The position numbers and the translations under genes were made by a program. This document shows, piece by piece, positions 27,156-36,983 of a stretch of 64,000 bases of DNA. The notes beneath the pieces are model-generated. The model was not told the DNA's origin. It ran no database searches and was given only the letters and a program-made list of their open reading frames with translations. This DNA comes from an uncultured Bacteroidales bacterium (GTDB lineage Bacteria; Bacteroidota; Bacteroidia; Bacteroidales; VadinHA17), in the NCBI GenBank assembly GCA_963732115.1, contig CAVSYN010000005.1:65410-129409 (forward strand), written 5' to 3'. How positions within the stretch are numbered: the first letter of the stretch is position 1; each line of letters opens with the position of its first letter.

Positions 27156-27962
27156 ATGGAAAGCAAAAAGGTATTATTCATTTCACAAGAGATCACTCCA
27201 TATTTAGGTGAAACAAAATTATCAAAGATAGGAAGATATCTCCCGCAGGGTATTCAGGAGCGAGGAAAGGAGATACGCACTTTTATGCCCCGGTACGGGA
27301 GCATAAATGAAAGAAGGAACCAGCTTCATGAAGTGATAAGGCTTTCAGGGATGAACCTTATTATCGATGATACTGATCATCCGCTCATTATAAAAGTTGC
27401 CTCGATCCAATCTGCCCGCATGCAGGTCTATTTTATCGATAATGACGACTATTTCCAGAGAAAACATATTGTGACCGACTCGACTGGAAAAGAGTTTGAG
27501 GACAATGATGAACGTGCGCTGTTTTTTGCAAGGGGAGTTATTGAAACTGTAAAAAAGCTGAGATGGGCTCCTGATATTGTCCATTGCCATGGCTGGATGG
27601 CATCACTGGTCCCGGTATACCTGCGGAGCATTTACAATGATGATCCTTTATTCCACGACTATAAGATCGTCTATTCCATTTATAATAATGATTTCAAAAC
27701 TCCTTTCAGGTCAACTTTTACCGATAAGCTGAGATTTGACGGGATTGACGGGGAGAGCCTGAAGCTTGTAAAGAAACCCGATTTTATTAATGTTTCAAAG
27801 CTCGCCATTAAATATTCAGATGCAATCATTATAGGAAGCGAAGAAATCAATCAGGAATTATCTAAATATGTCAGCACAATTAGCAAGCCGGTTCTTGCAT
27901 TTCAGGATGAAGCACATTATATTGACGCATATAATGATTTTTACGACAAAATCCTCTCCTGA
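27156..27962 (+). CDS. short glycogen/starch synthase-like protein (GT5 N-terminal domain only)
   Basis: 268 aa. KVLFISQEITPYLGETKLSKIGRYLPQGIQERGKEIRTFMPRYG matches the GlgA N-terminal catalytic-domain pattern. There is no C-terminal GT1 domain. A stop and ~100 nt of intergenic sequence follow, so the gene is not truncated by a frame break. Confidence 0.7.
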   Translation: MESKKVLFISQEITPYLGETKLSKIGRYLPQGIQERGKEIRTFMPRYGSINERRNQLHEVIRLSGMNLIIDDTDHPLIIKVASIQSARMQVYFIDNDDYFQRKHIVTDSTGKEFEDNDERALFFARGVIETVKKLRWAPDIVHCHGWMASLVPVYLRSIYNDDPLFHDYKIVYSIYNNDFKTPFRSTFTDKLRFDGIDGESLKLVKKPDFINVSKLAIKYSDAIIIGSEEINQELSKYVSTISKPVLAFQDEAHYIDAYNDFYDKILS

Positions 27963-28064
27963 AGCCTGATTTTCAGGGCGGCGGCAATATTTGAATCCAG
28001 TTACCCGTTTTTTTATGTTCAGGATAAGTTAATTACTCTCATTACCTTTATTTAAAATTAACCT

Positions 28065-29900
28065 ATGTGTGGAATAGTTGGTTATATCGGATCCAGACCT
28101 GCGCGTGAAATCATCATTAACGGACTGAAACGGCTGGAATACCGCGGATATGATTCTGCGGGACTTGCAATTGTCAATGGGGAAACGAAAATATTCAAGT
28201 GTAAGGGCAGGGTAAACGATCTGGAGGAAATGGTGAACAAGACCGACTTTAACGGAACAGTCGGAATGGGGCACACAAGATGGGCAACTCACGGAGAGCC
28301 GAATGAACTGAATGCTCATCCCCAGGTCTCATACAAAGGTAATTTTGTTGTTGTCCATAACGGAATTATCGAGAATTATGCCCGTATAAAGAAACATCTG
28401 GAAAGCCGGGGCATTCAGTTTACCAGCCAGACTGACACTGAAGTACTTGCCAACCTGATTGAACATCTTTATCTTGAGGGGGATCTTACCGCTGAACAGG
28501 CAATTACCCTTGCCCTTAACAGGGTTGAAGGCGCATACGGCCTTGTAATAATTTGCTCAAAGGAGCCTGACAGGCTCTTTGCTGCCAAGAAAGGAAGCCC
28601 GCTGGTTATTGGTGTGGGTGAGGGAGAAAACTTCATCGCTTCAGATGCCACACCAATAGTTGAGTATACTCAAAGGGTAATCTATCTTAAAGACGATGAT
28701 ATTGCAATTATAAAGAAGGATGAACTTGTCCTGAAGACTATCAGGCCAAAGAACATAGAACCTGAAGTAAAGGAAGTTGACCTTAAGATCGGTGAGATTG
28801 ACAAGGAAGGATTTGCTCACTTTATGCTCAAGGAAATATTTGAACAACCCCGAGCTATTCATGATACCTTCAGAGGCAGGGTTTTGCCCGATCATTCCGG
28901 GATTATGCTGGGAGGTCTCCATAATGCCCTGGAGTCCATTTCCCAATCGGAAAAAATCATAATCGTGGCATGCGGCACTTCATGGCATGCGGGTTTACTG
29001 GGTGAATATATATTTGAAGAATATACAAGGATTCCAGTTGAGGTGGAGTATGCCTCTGAATTCCGTTACAGGGATCCGATTATAAAAAAAGGAGATATTG
29101 TCATAGCCATCAGCCAGAGCGGTGAAACAGCAGATACACTTGCGGCAGTTAAGCTGGCAAAGGAGCGTGGCGCCACAGTTATAGGTATATGCAATGTAGT
29201 CGGCTCAAGCATACCACGCGAAACCGACGCAGGGGTTTATACGCATGCGGGACCTGAAATAGGTGTTGCATCAACAAAAGCCTTTACATCCCAGGTTACT
29301 GTACTTGCAATGATGGCATTTGAAATAGGTTTTCTGAAGGGTGTTATTTCACCCGAAACTTATAAAATCCTGATAGATGAACTGGTTTCAATACCGGATA
29401 AGATAGAAAGAGCCCTTAAGGTCAATGATCAGGCGCTTGAACTTGCAAGAAAATTCCAGGAGACCAGGAATGCTCTTTATTTAGGAAGGGGATACCTTTT
29501 CCCTGTAGCGCTTGAAGGAGCGCTTAAGCTGAAGGAGATTTCGTATATCCATGCCGAGGGTTACCCGGCAGCCGAAATGAAGCATGGTCCTATTGCGTTG
29601 ATCGATGAGAACATGCCGGTAGTGGTTGTGGCTACAAAAGACGATACCTATGAAAAGATAATCAGCAATATCCAGGAGATCAAGGCCAGGAAAGGTAATG
29701 TAATTGCTATAGTCACCGAAGGGGACGAACTGATTAGGAAAATGGCCGACTATGTGCTTGAAGTTCCGGAAACGCTTCCGGCATTTTCAGGGATACTTGC
29801 TGTAATCCCGCTTCAGCTTTTATCATATCATATTGCCGTACTGAGAGGCTGCAATGTTGATCAGCCGAGAAATCTTGCCAAATCAGTAACTGTCGAATAA
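28065..29900 (+). CDS. glmS: glutamine--fructose-6-phosphate aminotransferase (isomerising)
   Basis: 611 aa. N-terminal nucleophile MCGIVGYIG, two SIS domains, C-terminal ...KSVTVE. Confidence 0.95.
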   Translation: MCGIVGYIGSRPAREIIINGLKRLEYRGYDSAGLAIVNGETKIFKCKGRVNDLEEMVNKTDFNGTVGMGHTRWATHGEPNELNAHPQVSYKGNFVVVHNGIIENYARIKKHLESRGIQFTSQTDTEVLANLIEHLYLEGDLTAEQAITLALNRVEGAYGLVIICSKEPDRLFAAKKGSPLVIGVGEGENFIASDATPIVEYTQRVIYLKDDDIAIIKKDELVLKTIRPKNIEPEVKEVDLKIGEIDKEGFAHFMLKEIFEQPRAIHDTFRGRVLPDHSGIMLGGLHNALESISQSEKIIIVACGTSWHAGLLGEYIFEEYTRIPVEVEYASEFRYRDPIIKKGDIVIAISQSGETADTLAAVKLAKERGATVIGICNVVGSSIPRETDAGVYTHAGPEIGVASTKAFTSQVTVLAMMAFEIGFLKGVISPETYKILIDELVSIPDKIERALKVNDQALELARKFQETRNALYLGRGYLFPVALEGALKLKEISYIHAEGYPAAEMKHGPIALIDENMPVVVVATKDDTYEKIISNIQEIKARKGNVIAIVTEGDELIRKMADYVLEVPETLPAFSGILAVIPLQLLSYHIAVLRGCNVDQPRNLAKSVTVE

Positions 29901-29920
29901 AACCTTTATCCCTTTCTTAG

Positions 29921-31921
29921 ATGGACCCAAATATTGAATTCAGGAAACTTTCCGGGTCAGAAATTGAAAAGCTGACCTCAAATGGTTGTATCTGCGATGA
30001 CTGGAACAGGGTTGAAGTTGTTGAAGGATTTAACCCTGAAAGATGCACTAATGTGACTTTCTCGGGAGAAGTTAAGCTTGGCAGCTTCAGCAAGCAACAT
30101 ACAAATAAGTCGGGAGTTATCATCAGGAGCGGTATCTCGAATGCCCACATACATAATTGCACTATTGGCTCAAATGTTCTGATCAGCAGGATCGGAGAAT
30201 ATATTGCGAATTACCGGATAGATGATGATGTGGTAATTAAAAACTGCGAAAAGATCCATTGCGAAGGTGTTTCAACCTTCGGGAACGGAACAGAGGTGGC
30301 AGTGCTGAATGAGACAGGCGGCCGGTCGGTTATGATCTGGGATCAGTTATCGGCGCATCAGGCTTATATAATAGCCTTATACCGGCACCGTATAAAGGCT
30401 GTCAAAAAGATCGAGCAGATGGTAACTGACTATTCAAAGTCGGTAAGTTCGAGCATGGGCATCATAGGAAAGGGATCAAGGATCAGCAGCTGCCGCTCAA
30501 TACGGAATGTAAAGATAGGGTCATGCACGCATATTGAGGGTGCGATAAGTCTTAGCGAGGGTTCTATAAATTGCTGCCATGAAGACCCGGTTTTCATAGG
30601 CCCCGGAGTTATTATGGAACATTTCATCGTTTGTTCAGGCTCAACTGTTACAGAGTCAACCCTGATAGACAAATGCTTTATAGGACAGGGATGTGTTCTG
30701 GCAAAACATTATTCAGCTGAGAACTCGCTGTTCTTCGCCAACTGCGGAGGATACCACGGGGAGGCATGTTCAATTTTCGCAGGGCCGTATACTGTGACTC
30801 ACCATAAATCGACCCTCCTGATTGCCGGTATCTTTTCCTTCATGAATGCCGGAAGCGGATCAAACCAGAGCAATCACATGTATAAGCTAGGGCCTATACA
30901 CCAGGGAATCATGGAACGGGGCTCTAAAACCACAAGCGATTCGTATCTGCTTTGGCCAGCAAGGATAGGACCATACACCCTTGTAATGGGACGCCACTAT
31001 AAAAACATGGATACTTCCTCGCTTCCTTTTTCATACCTTATCGAAAGCAATGATGAAAGCATTCTTGTTCCCGGAATTAACCTGAGAAGTGTCGGAACCA
31101 TAAGGGACGCTCAGAAGTGGCCTATTCGCGACATAAGAAAGGACCCGGTTAAGCTTGACCAGGTTAATTTTAACCTTCTCAGCCCATATACTATCCATAA
31201 AATGCTTGAAGGCAGAAACCTCCTGAAAAGGCTTAAAACCGTATCAGGAACTGTCTCTTCATCATATACTTACAATAACATGCTCATCAAAGGTCCATCC
31301 CTTGAAAGAGGAATAGAACTTTACCAGACAGGCATCAATAAATTCCTGGGCAATTCTCTTATCAAAAGGCTTGAAAATACCCATTTCAAGACCAACAAAG
31401 AGTTACAAAAAAGGCTTGACCCCGATCAGCCGACAGGCAAGGGGGAATGGGTAGACCTGGCCGGACTGCTTGCACCAAAGCAGGTTGTAAGCAAGCTACT
31501 TGATGATATTGAATCTGGTAAGGTAAATTCAATTGAGGAGGTTCAGGAAGCATTCATACAGATGCATAACTCCTACTACCAGTGGGAATGGACCTGGGTA
31601 TGGGAAAGAATTGAGGAGGAAGAAGGCAAGACTGTTAATGATTTCACAGGTAATGATATTATCAGGATAGTTGAAAGGTGGAAGAAAAGCGTCATCGACC
31701 TTGACAAAATGCTGTATGAGGATGCAAGAAAGGAATTCAACCTTTCATCAATGACAGGATTCGGAATTGATGGCGGAGAGGAAATAAAGAAACAGGATTT
31801 TGAGCAGGTAAGGGGGGATTTTAATTCTAACAAAGTTGTTGCAGCAATTCAGGAACATATTAAAAAGAAGAGCGCACTTGGCGACGAACTTATTGAACGG
31901 ATGAACAGGATCAGGAATTGA
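29921..31921 (+). CDS. conserved hypothetical protein, DUF4954-like (predicted beta-helix N-terminal half)
   Basis: 666-aa ORF starting 20 nt after glmS. The N-terminal half is rich in short hexapeptide-like repeats (NVTFSGEVKLG, IHNCTIGSNVLIS, IRNVKIGSCTHIEG). The family name is from memory of Bacteroidota annotations, not from a search. Confidence 0.55.
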   Translation: MDPNIEFRKLSGSEIEKLTSNGCICDDWNRVEVVEGFNPERCTNVTFSGEVKLGSFSKQHTNKSGVIIRSGISNAHIHNCTIGSNVLISRIGEYIANYRIDDDVVIKNCEKIHCEGVSTFGNGTEVAVLNETGGRSVMIWDQLSAHQAYIIALYRHRIKAVKKIEQMVTDYSKSVSSSMGIIGKGSRISSCRSIRNVKIGSCTHIEGAISLSEGSINCCHEDPVFIGPGVIMEHFIVCSGSTVTESTLIDKCFIGQGCVLAKHYSAENSLFFANCGGYHGEACSIFAGPYTVTHHKSTLLIAGIFSFMNAGSGSNQSNHMYKLGPIHQGIMERGSKTTSDSYLLWPARIGPYTLVMGRHYKNMDTSSLPFSYLIESNDESILVPGINLRSVGTIRDAQKWPIRDIRKDPVKLDQVNFNLLSPYTIHKMLEGRNLLKRLKTVSGTVSSSYTYNNMLIKGPSLERGIELYQTGINKFLGNSLIKRLENTHFKTNKELQKRLDPDQPTGKGEWVDLAGLLAPKQVVSKLLDDIESGKVNSIEEVQEAFIQMHNSYYQWEWTWVWERIEEEEGKTVNDFTGNDIIRIVERWKKSVIDLDKMLYEDARKEFNLSSMTGFGIDGGEEIKKQDFEQVRGDFNSNKVVAAIQEHIKKKSALGDELIERMNRIRN

Positions 31922-31927
31922 GATAAC

Positions 31928-32650
31928 CTATCTTCCCGAGTACATCTTATCGTAATATTTTTCGTAATCCCCTGAAATAACCCTTTCAAGCCACCTTGTG
32001 TTCGAAAGGTACCAGTCTACAGTTTTTTCAAGCCCGCTGACAAAATCAGGTATCGGCGACCAGCCGAGTTCCCTCTGCAGCTTTGAGGAATCAATCGCAT
32101 ACCGCAGGTCATGTCCCGGCCTGTCCTTCACAAAGGTGATCAGCTTTTCGGAAGTGCCTTCAGGACGTCCAAGCTTTTTATCCATTATTTTGCAAAGCAG
32201 CCTGATAAGGTCAATATTCTTCCACTCATTATTGCCGCCGATATTGTATGTTTCACCTGGTCTTCCCTTTTGAAAGATTAGATCGATTGCTGAAGCATGA
32301 TCTTCAACATAGAGCCAGTCGCGTATATTCTCACCCTTTCCGTACACCGGTAGAGGCTTATTGTTTTTTATATTGTTTATTACCAGCGGAATAAGTTTTT
32401 CGGGGAACTGATTGGGGCCGTAATTATTTGAACAGTTTGAAATTACAAAAGGGATCCCGAAAGTGTGGCCAAAAGCTCTTACCATGTGGTCGGAACTGGC
32501 TTTTGAGGCAGAATAGGGACTTTTAGGATCATAGGCAGTTTTTTCGGTGAACATTCCATCTTTCCCAAGCGAACCGTAAACCTCATCGGTGGAAATATGA
32601 TAGAATAATTTACCTTCCGCTGTTGTTTTTCCACATAATATTAGCTGCAC
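31928..32650 (-). CDS. rfbB: dTDP-glucose 4,6-dehydratase, C-terminal fragment (frame break near 32620)
   Basis: 240-aa ORF containing [10 protein letters not shown] and [11 protein letters not shown] (the catalytic YxxxK). Confidence 0.8.
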   Translation of the reverse strand: MQLILCGKTTAEGKLFYHISTDEVYGSLGKDGMFTEKTAYDPKSPYSASKASSDHMVRAFGHTFGIPFVISNCSNNYGPNQFPEKLIPLVINNIKNNKPLPVYGKGENIRDWLYVEDHASAIDLIFQKGRPGETYNIGGNNEWKNIDLIRLLCKIMDKKLGRPEGTSEKLITFVKDRPGHDLRYAIDSSKLQRELGWSPIPDFVSGLEKTVDWYLSNTRWLERVISGDYEKYYDKMYSGR

Positions 32651-32990
32651 TCAGCAGGTTTACCGTACCTAAAATGTTGGTGTACACGAAATCGTCAGGA
32701 GCCGTAATTGACCTGTCAACATGCGATTCAGCTGCAAGGTGAATCACCCCGTCAAATCCGTATTTTGAAAATAGCCCTGCAACAGCCAGCTTTTCTGTAA
32801 TATCTGTTTTCTCGAAGACGTAGTTCTTTCTTGACTCTACATCGGTCAGGTTTTCAAGATTTCCCGCGTAGGTAAGCTTGTCGGCATTTATGAGCATGTA
32901 ATCCGGATACCTGTTCACAAACCGCCGTACGACATGTGAACCTATGAATCCGGCGCCGCCGGTAATAAGAATAACTTTTTTTTCTTTCAT
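32610..32990 (-). CDS. rfbB: dTDP-glucose 4,6-dehydratase, N-terminal fragment
   Basis: 126-aa ORF with Rossmann motif [15 protein letters not shown] and [12 protein letters not shown]. It joins the downstream fragment by removing one base (…WKNNSG|[11 protein letters not shown]). Confidence 0.8.
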   Translation of the reverse strand: MKEKKVILITGGAGFIGSHVVRRFVNRYPDYMLINADKLTYAGNLENLTDVESRKNYVFEKTDITEKLAVAGLFSKYGFDGVIHLAAESHVDRSITAPDDFVYTNILGTVNLLSAANIMWKNNSGR

Positions 32991-34024
32991 CCTTTCTTAT
33001 TCTTACGTATATATTTTTCCCAATCCCAAGCAGTTTTCATTGCTTCATCGAGGGTGCTGACAGTTTTCCATCCAAGCTCTCTGTTTGCAAGAGAAGGATC
33101 GGCCCAGATCTTTTCAATATCTCCAGCCCTGCGTGAGGTAATCTTATATTTCAGTTTAATTCCGGTTACACGCTCAAACGATGCTATTGCTTCCAGAACC
33201 GACACGCCTTTCCCTGTCCCGAGGTTAAAAACTTCATAGTTCGATTTGCCGGTATTCTCAATCAGCCTTTTCACTGCTGTGACATGAGCTTTTGCAAGGT
33301 CGACCACGTGAAGGTAATCCCTGATGCACGAGCCGTCGGGTGTATTGTAATCATTGCCAAAGACTTTCATTTCCTCCCTCAGCCCGTAGGCTGTCTGTGT
33401 AATAAACGGAACAAGATTCTCAGGAACACCTCTTGGAAGTTCGCCGATAAGGGCCGATGGATGGGCGCCTATCGGATTGAAATACCTTAGTGAAATAGCT
33501 TTTATTTTTTTGTCAGCGGTTGCAGTATCCCTTATGATCTCTTCCCCGATTTGCTTCGTATTCCCATAGGGCGACATGGCAGGCTGAATTGGTGAATCCT
33601 CGGATACAGGTAATTTTTGGGGTTGCCCGTAAACTGTGCAGGATGAAGAGAAGACAAATCCGGCGATCCCATGGGTTTTCACGGCATCCAGTAGATTGAT
33701 CAGGGACAGGAGATTATTCCTGTAATATTCAAGCGGCTTATTAACTGATTCGCCAACGGCTTTATATGCGGCAAAATGGATTATGCCGGTTATTTTTTTA
33801 TGTTTTTTGAAGAACAGTTCCAGCTTTTCCCTGTCGCAGATATCGAAAACCGCAAGTTCGGGCCTTTTGCCGGTAATCTGAAATATCCTGTCAACTACTT
33901 CCGCCTCAGAGTTATACAGGTTATCTATAATTACAACATCAAAGCCTTTTTCAATAAGTTCAACTGTTGTGTGAGATCCTATGTATCCGGTCCCCCCGGT
34001 TACGAGTATTTTCGTTTTCATCAT
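32987..34024 (-). CDS. galE: UDP-glucose 4-epimerase
   Basis: 345 aa. ILVTGGTGYIGSHT, catalytic PYGNTKQ (YxxxK), full GalE-length SDR. Confidence 0.88.
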   Translation of the reverse strand: MMKTKILVTGGTGYIGSHTTVELIEKGFDVVIIDNLYNSEAEVVDRIFQITGKRPELAVFDICDREKLELFFKKHKKITGIIHFAAYKAVGESVNKPLEYYRNNLLSLINLLDAVKTHGIAGFVFSSSCTVYGQPQKLPVSEDSPIQPAMSPYGNTKQIGEEIIRDTATADKKIKAISLRYFNPIGAHPSALIGELPRGVPENLVPFITQTAYGLREEMKVFGNDYNTPDGSCIRDYLHVVDLAKAHVTAVKRLIENTGKSNYEVFNLGTGKGVSVLEAIASFERVTGIKLKYKITSRRAGDIEKIWADPSLANRELGWKTVSTLDEAMKTAWDWEKYIRKNKKG

Positions 34025-34085
34025 TAGCCTGAATAACTTTTTTTTTATTTTCCCTTTCCGGGAAGTTCATAACACATTCTGCTGA

Positions 34086-35042
34086 TTATCTGTTTTTCAG
34101 TATCGGATGATAATCCCCGACAAGTCCGACAGGATTTGAATTTCTTATAGTGAAAGCGGTTATCACTGATTGTCTTGCATCCTGGAGGCCGAATCCTTTC
34201 CCGTCAAGAATTTTCCTGTACGATTCGGTGTGAAGCTCACCGAAACCCTCGCTGAATTCTATTTCCTCCCCTTCGATGACAATTGACCTGAATGTTCTTT
34301 TACCTGCTTCTTTTGAAGTCAATGGCAGGTCGTTATAATCAATGCTCAGGAACCACCTCACTCTTGCATTCTCAAGTTCAATATATCCAGCAGCTTTGTT
34401 AGGCTGTGAAAGATGCACAATGCTCTTTGTCGTATCTCCGAATATCCAGGTCAGCATATCGAAAAAATGAATGCCGATGTTTGTTGCAACTCCTCCCGAT
34501 TTCTGGATATCGCCTTTCCAGGAAATGTAATACCAGTTTCCGCGGCTTGTAATATATGACAGGTCTATATCATATATTTTCCCTTTAGGACCATTTTTTA
34601 TCTTGTCCCTGAGCTCAAGGATCTTGGGATGAAGCCGCAGCTGAAGAATAGTATAAATTTTTCGCCCTGTTTCATTTTCAATCTCCTGGAGGGCGTCAAC
34701 ATTCCATGGATTAAGCACGATGGGTTTTTCACAGATTGCCTCTGCCTGATGACGCAAAGCAAAGCGGATGTGAGAGTCGTGAAGATAATTGGGCGAGCAG
34801 ATGCTGACAAAATCAATTTTTGTTCCGGTTCTTTTCAGCTTATCAAAATGCCTGTCAAATCTTTCAAACTCAACAAAGAAATCACTTTGCGGGAAATACC
34901 CGTCAAGAAGCCCAACGCTGTCGAATTTGTCAAGACTGGCCAGCAGATTGTTGCCGGTATCTTTTATTGCCCGTAGGTGCCGGATAGCAATATATCCTGA
35001 AACACCGATCAGTCCAAAATTTTTAGGAGTCGCTTCCACCAT
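34086..35042 (-). CDS. Gfo/Idh/MocA-family sugar-nucleotide oxidoreductase (WbpB-like)
   Basis: 318 aa. N-terminal Rossmann FGLIGVSGYIAIRHLRAI and EKP motif AICEKPIV. Located directly downstream of the acetyltransferase and aminotransferase genes. Confidence 0.7.
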   Translation of the reverse strand: MVEATPKNFGLIGVSGYIAIRHLRAIKDTGNNLLASLDKFDSVGLLDGYFPQSDFFVEFERFDRHFDKLKRTGTKIDFVSICSPNYLHDSHIRFALRHQAEAICEKPIVLNPWNVDALQEIENETGRKIYTILQLRLHPKILELRDKIKNGPKGKIYDIDLSYITSRGNWYYISWKGDIQKSGGVATNIGIHFFDMLTWIFGDTTKSIVHLSQPNKAAGYIELENARVRWFLSIDYNDLPLTSKEAGKRTFRSIVIEGEEIEFSEGFGELHTESYRKILDGKGFGLQDARQSVITAFTIRNSNPVGLVGDYHPILKNR

Positions 35043-35065
35043 CTTATAATTAATAGGATTAAAAA

Positions 35066-35647
35066 CTACTTATTTATTTTTGTTACGGAACCGTCATGCA
35101 ACCTGTATTTTTCCCCGCTTTCAGGGCAGACTGCAATTCCGTTCTCATCAAATTTCAGCTTGTGCCCGTATTCACTCATCCAACCTGTTTGCCTGGCCGG
35201 ATTCCCGATAACAAGGGCATATGGCTTCACGTCTTTTGTTACCACAGCTCCAGCGCCGATAAATGAAAACCTTCCAATCGTATTGCCGCAGATAATTGTA
35301 GAATTAGCCCCTATCGATGCCCCTTTCTCCACAAGCGTCGATACATAACTGTCCTTGCGGATAATAGCGCTCCTCGGATTTATGATATTCGTAAAAACCA
35401 TTGATGGGCCCAGGAAAACGTCATCCTCACAGATAACACCTGTATAAATCGAAACATTGTTCTGAACTTTTACATTCTTTCCAAGCCTGACACCCTGAGA
35501 AACAACAACGTTCTGTCCGATGTTGCAATTTTCACCTATCACTGAACCTGTCATAATATGGCTGAAGTGCCATATTCTGGTACCCCTGCCAATTTTGCAG
35601 TCCTTGTCTATGACTGCAGTTTCGTGAGCAAAATACTCCTTTTCCAT
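35066..35647 (-). CDS. hexapeptide-repeat N-acetyltransferase (WbpD-like)
   Basis: 193 aa with left-handed beta-helix repeats (IGRGTRIWHFSHIMTGSVIGENCNIGQNVVVSQGVRLGKNVKVQNNVSI). Confidence 0.75.
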   Translation of the reverse strand: MEKEYFAHETAVIDKDCKIGRGTRIWHFSHIMTGSVIGENCNIGQNVVVSQGVRLGKNVKVQNNVSIYTGVICEDDVFLGPSMVFTNIINPRSAIIRKDSYVSTLVEKGASIGANSTIICGNTIGRFSFIGAGAVVTKDVKPYALVIGNPARQTGWMSEYGHKLKFDENGIAVCPESGEKYRLHDGSVTKINK

Positions 35648-35649
35648 TA

Positions 35650-36783
35650 TTAAATCCTTTCAATAAACTCAAGTATACTCTGTGTGATATATTCCAGTTG
35701 TTCCTGATCCATTTCAGTATGCATTGGTAAAGAAAGGACCTCTTTACAGAGAGTATCTGTCACGGGGAAATCCTGCTCCGTATATCCGAGATGCCTGTAT
35801 GCTTCCTGCATATGCATAGGTCCGGGATAGTAGATCATCGACGGGATATTCTTTCCTTCCAGATACTTTTTCAGTTCGTCTCTTCTTCCATTGGGAATCC
35901 TGACCGTATACTGATGAAATATATGGGACGAATATTTTTCTCGTAAAGGAACAATTATATCCCTGCATCCGGAAAATGCTTTATCGTAATAGTCTGCTGC
36001 CATCCTCCTTGAGTTGTTAAACCGGTCGAGGTATTTCAGCTTAACTCTCAATATTGCAGCCTGCAGTGTATCGAGCCTTGAATTGACACCTATATCATTA
36101 TAATGGTAGCGGACTTTCATTCCATGATTTGCTATGCTCCTGATCTTAGTGCCAAGTTCGTCATCGTCAGTATAAACTGCACCTCCATCGCCAAAACAGC
36201 CAAGGTTTTTGGAAGGGAAAAATGAGGTAGTTCCGGCATTTCCGATTGTTCCGGCTTTCTTTTTCCTGCCATCGTGAAAAAAATAATCGGTGCCGGTTGC
36301 CTGGGCACCATCTTCAATGACAAAAAGATTATGCTCAGATGCCAGTTTCATTATCTTGTCCATATCGGAGCATTGCCCGAAAAGATGAACCGGAACTATT
36401 GCCCTTGTTTTAGGCGTGATTGCATTTCTGATATTTTCAGTTGAAATATTATAATTATCGGGATCCGGATCGACAATAACCGGTTTCAGTCCGAGGAGTG
36501 CAACGACCTCAATAGTTGCCACAAATGTAAAATTGGTTGTAATCACCTCGTCACCGGGTTTTAAACCGAGCGACATAAATGTTATCTGAAGGGCATCAGT
36601 ACCGTTTGCACAGGAGATAACATGCTTCACCCCCAGATAATTCTGAAGTTCTTCTTCAAATAATTTTACTTCGGGCCCTTTAATGAAAGCAGTAGAATTT
36701 ATGACCGAGAAAATTGCCTTATCTATTTCTGACCTGATGTTTTCATACTGGGTTCTCAGGTCAACCATTTGGATCTCCCTCAT
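35650..36783 (-). CDS. DegT/DnrJ/EryC1/StrS-family PLP aminotransferase (WbpE-like)
   Basis: Track ORF 35650..36846. I start at MREIQMVDLRTQYENI (36783). It has the typical fold-type I sugar aminotransferase pattern, including the FFPSKNLG PLP-lysine motif. Confidence 0.8.
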   Translation of the reverse strand: MREIQMVDLRTQYENIRSEIDKAIFSVINSTAFIKGPEVKLFEEELQNYLGVKHVISCANGTDALQITFMSLGLKPGDEVITTNFTFVATIEVVALLGLKPVIVDPDPDNYNISTENIRNAITPKTRAIVPVHLFGQCSDMDKIMKLASEHNLFVIEDGAQATGTDYFFHDGRKKKAGTIGNAGTTSFFPSKNLGCFGDGGAVYTDDDELGTKIRSIANHGMKVRYHYNDIGVNSRLDTLQAAILRVKLKYLDRFNNSRRMAADYYDKAFSGCRDIIVPLREKYSSHIFHQYTVRIPNGRRDELKKYLEGKNIPSMIYYPGPMHMQEAYRHLGYTEQDFPVTDTLCKEVLSLPMHTEMDQEQLEYITQSILEFIERI

Positions 36784-36953
36784 GTGAGAAGATTTTAATA
36801 AAGCCTCTAAGATAATACTTTTTTGGGGTTGAAATTCATGTAACAATCAAGGGATCATACCTTTTAAAACACCATTGTTTATGAACAACGGATTCTTAGC
36901 AAAATGTTAATAACATCAATGTATATTTCACGGAAGGAGAGGCGGAATAGTCT

Positions 36954-36961
36954 TATTTTTG
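36954..36961 (+). promoter_or_regulatory. candidate -7 box (TAnnTTTG) upstream of the HU/SPOR gene
   Basis: tatttttg lies 23 nt upstream of the TTG start at 36984. Confidence 0.35.
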
Positions 36962-36983
36962 TTATATAAGAAAGGGTATTTTC

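Noticed and set aside
27963-28064. glmS ribozyme upstream of glmS
   Set aside because: The 100-nt leader is AT-rich, without the conserved double-pseudoknot core. The ribozyme is characteristic of Gram-positive lineages, and nothing here suggests it.
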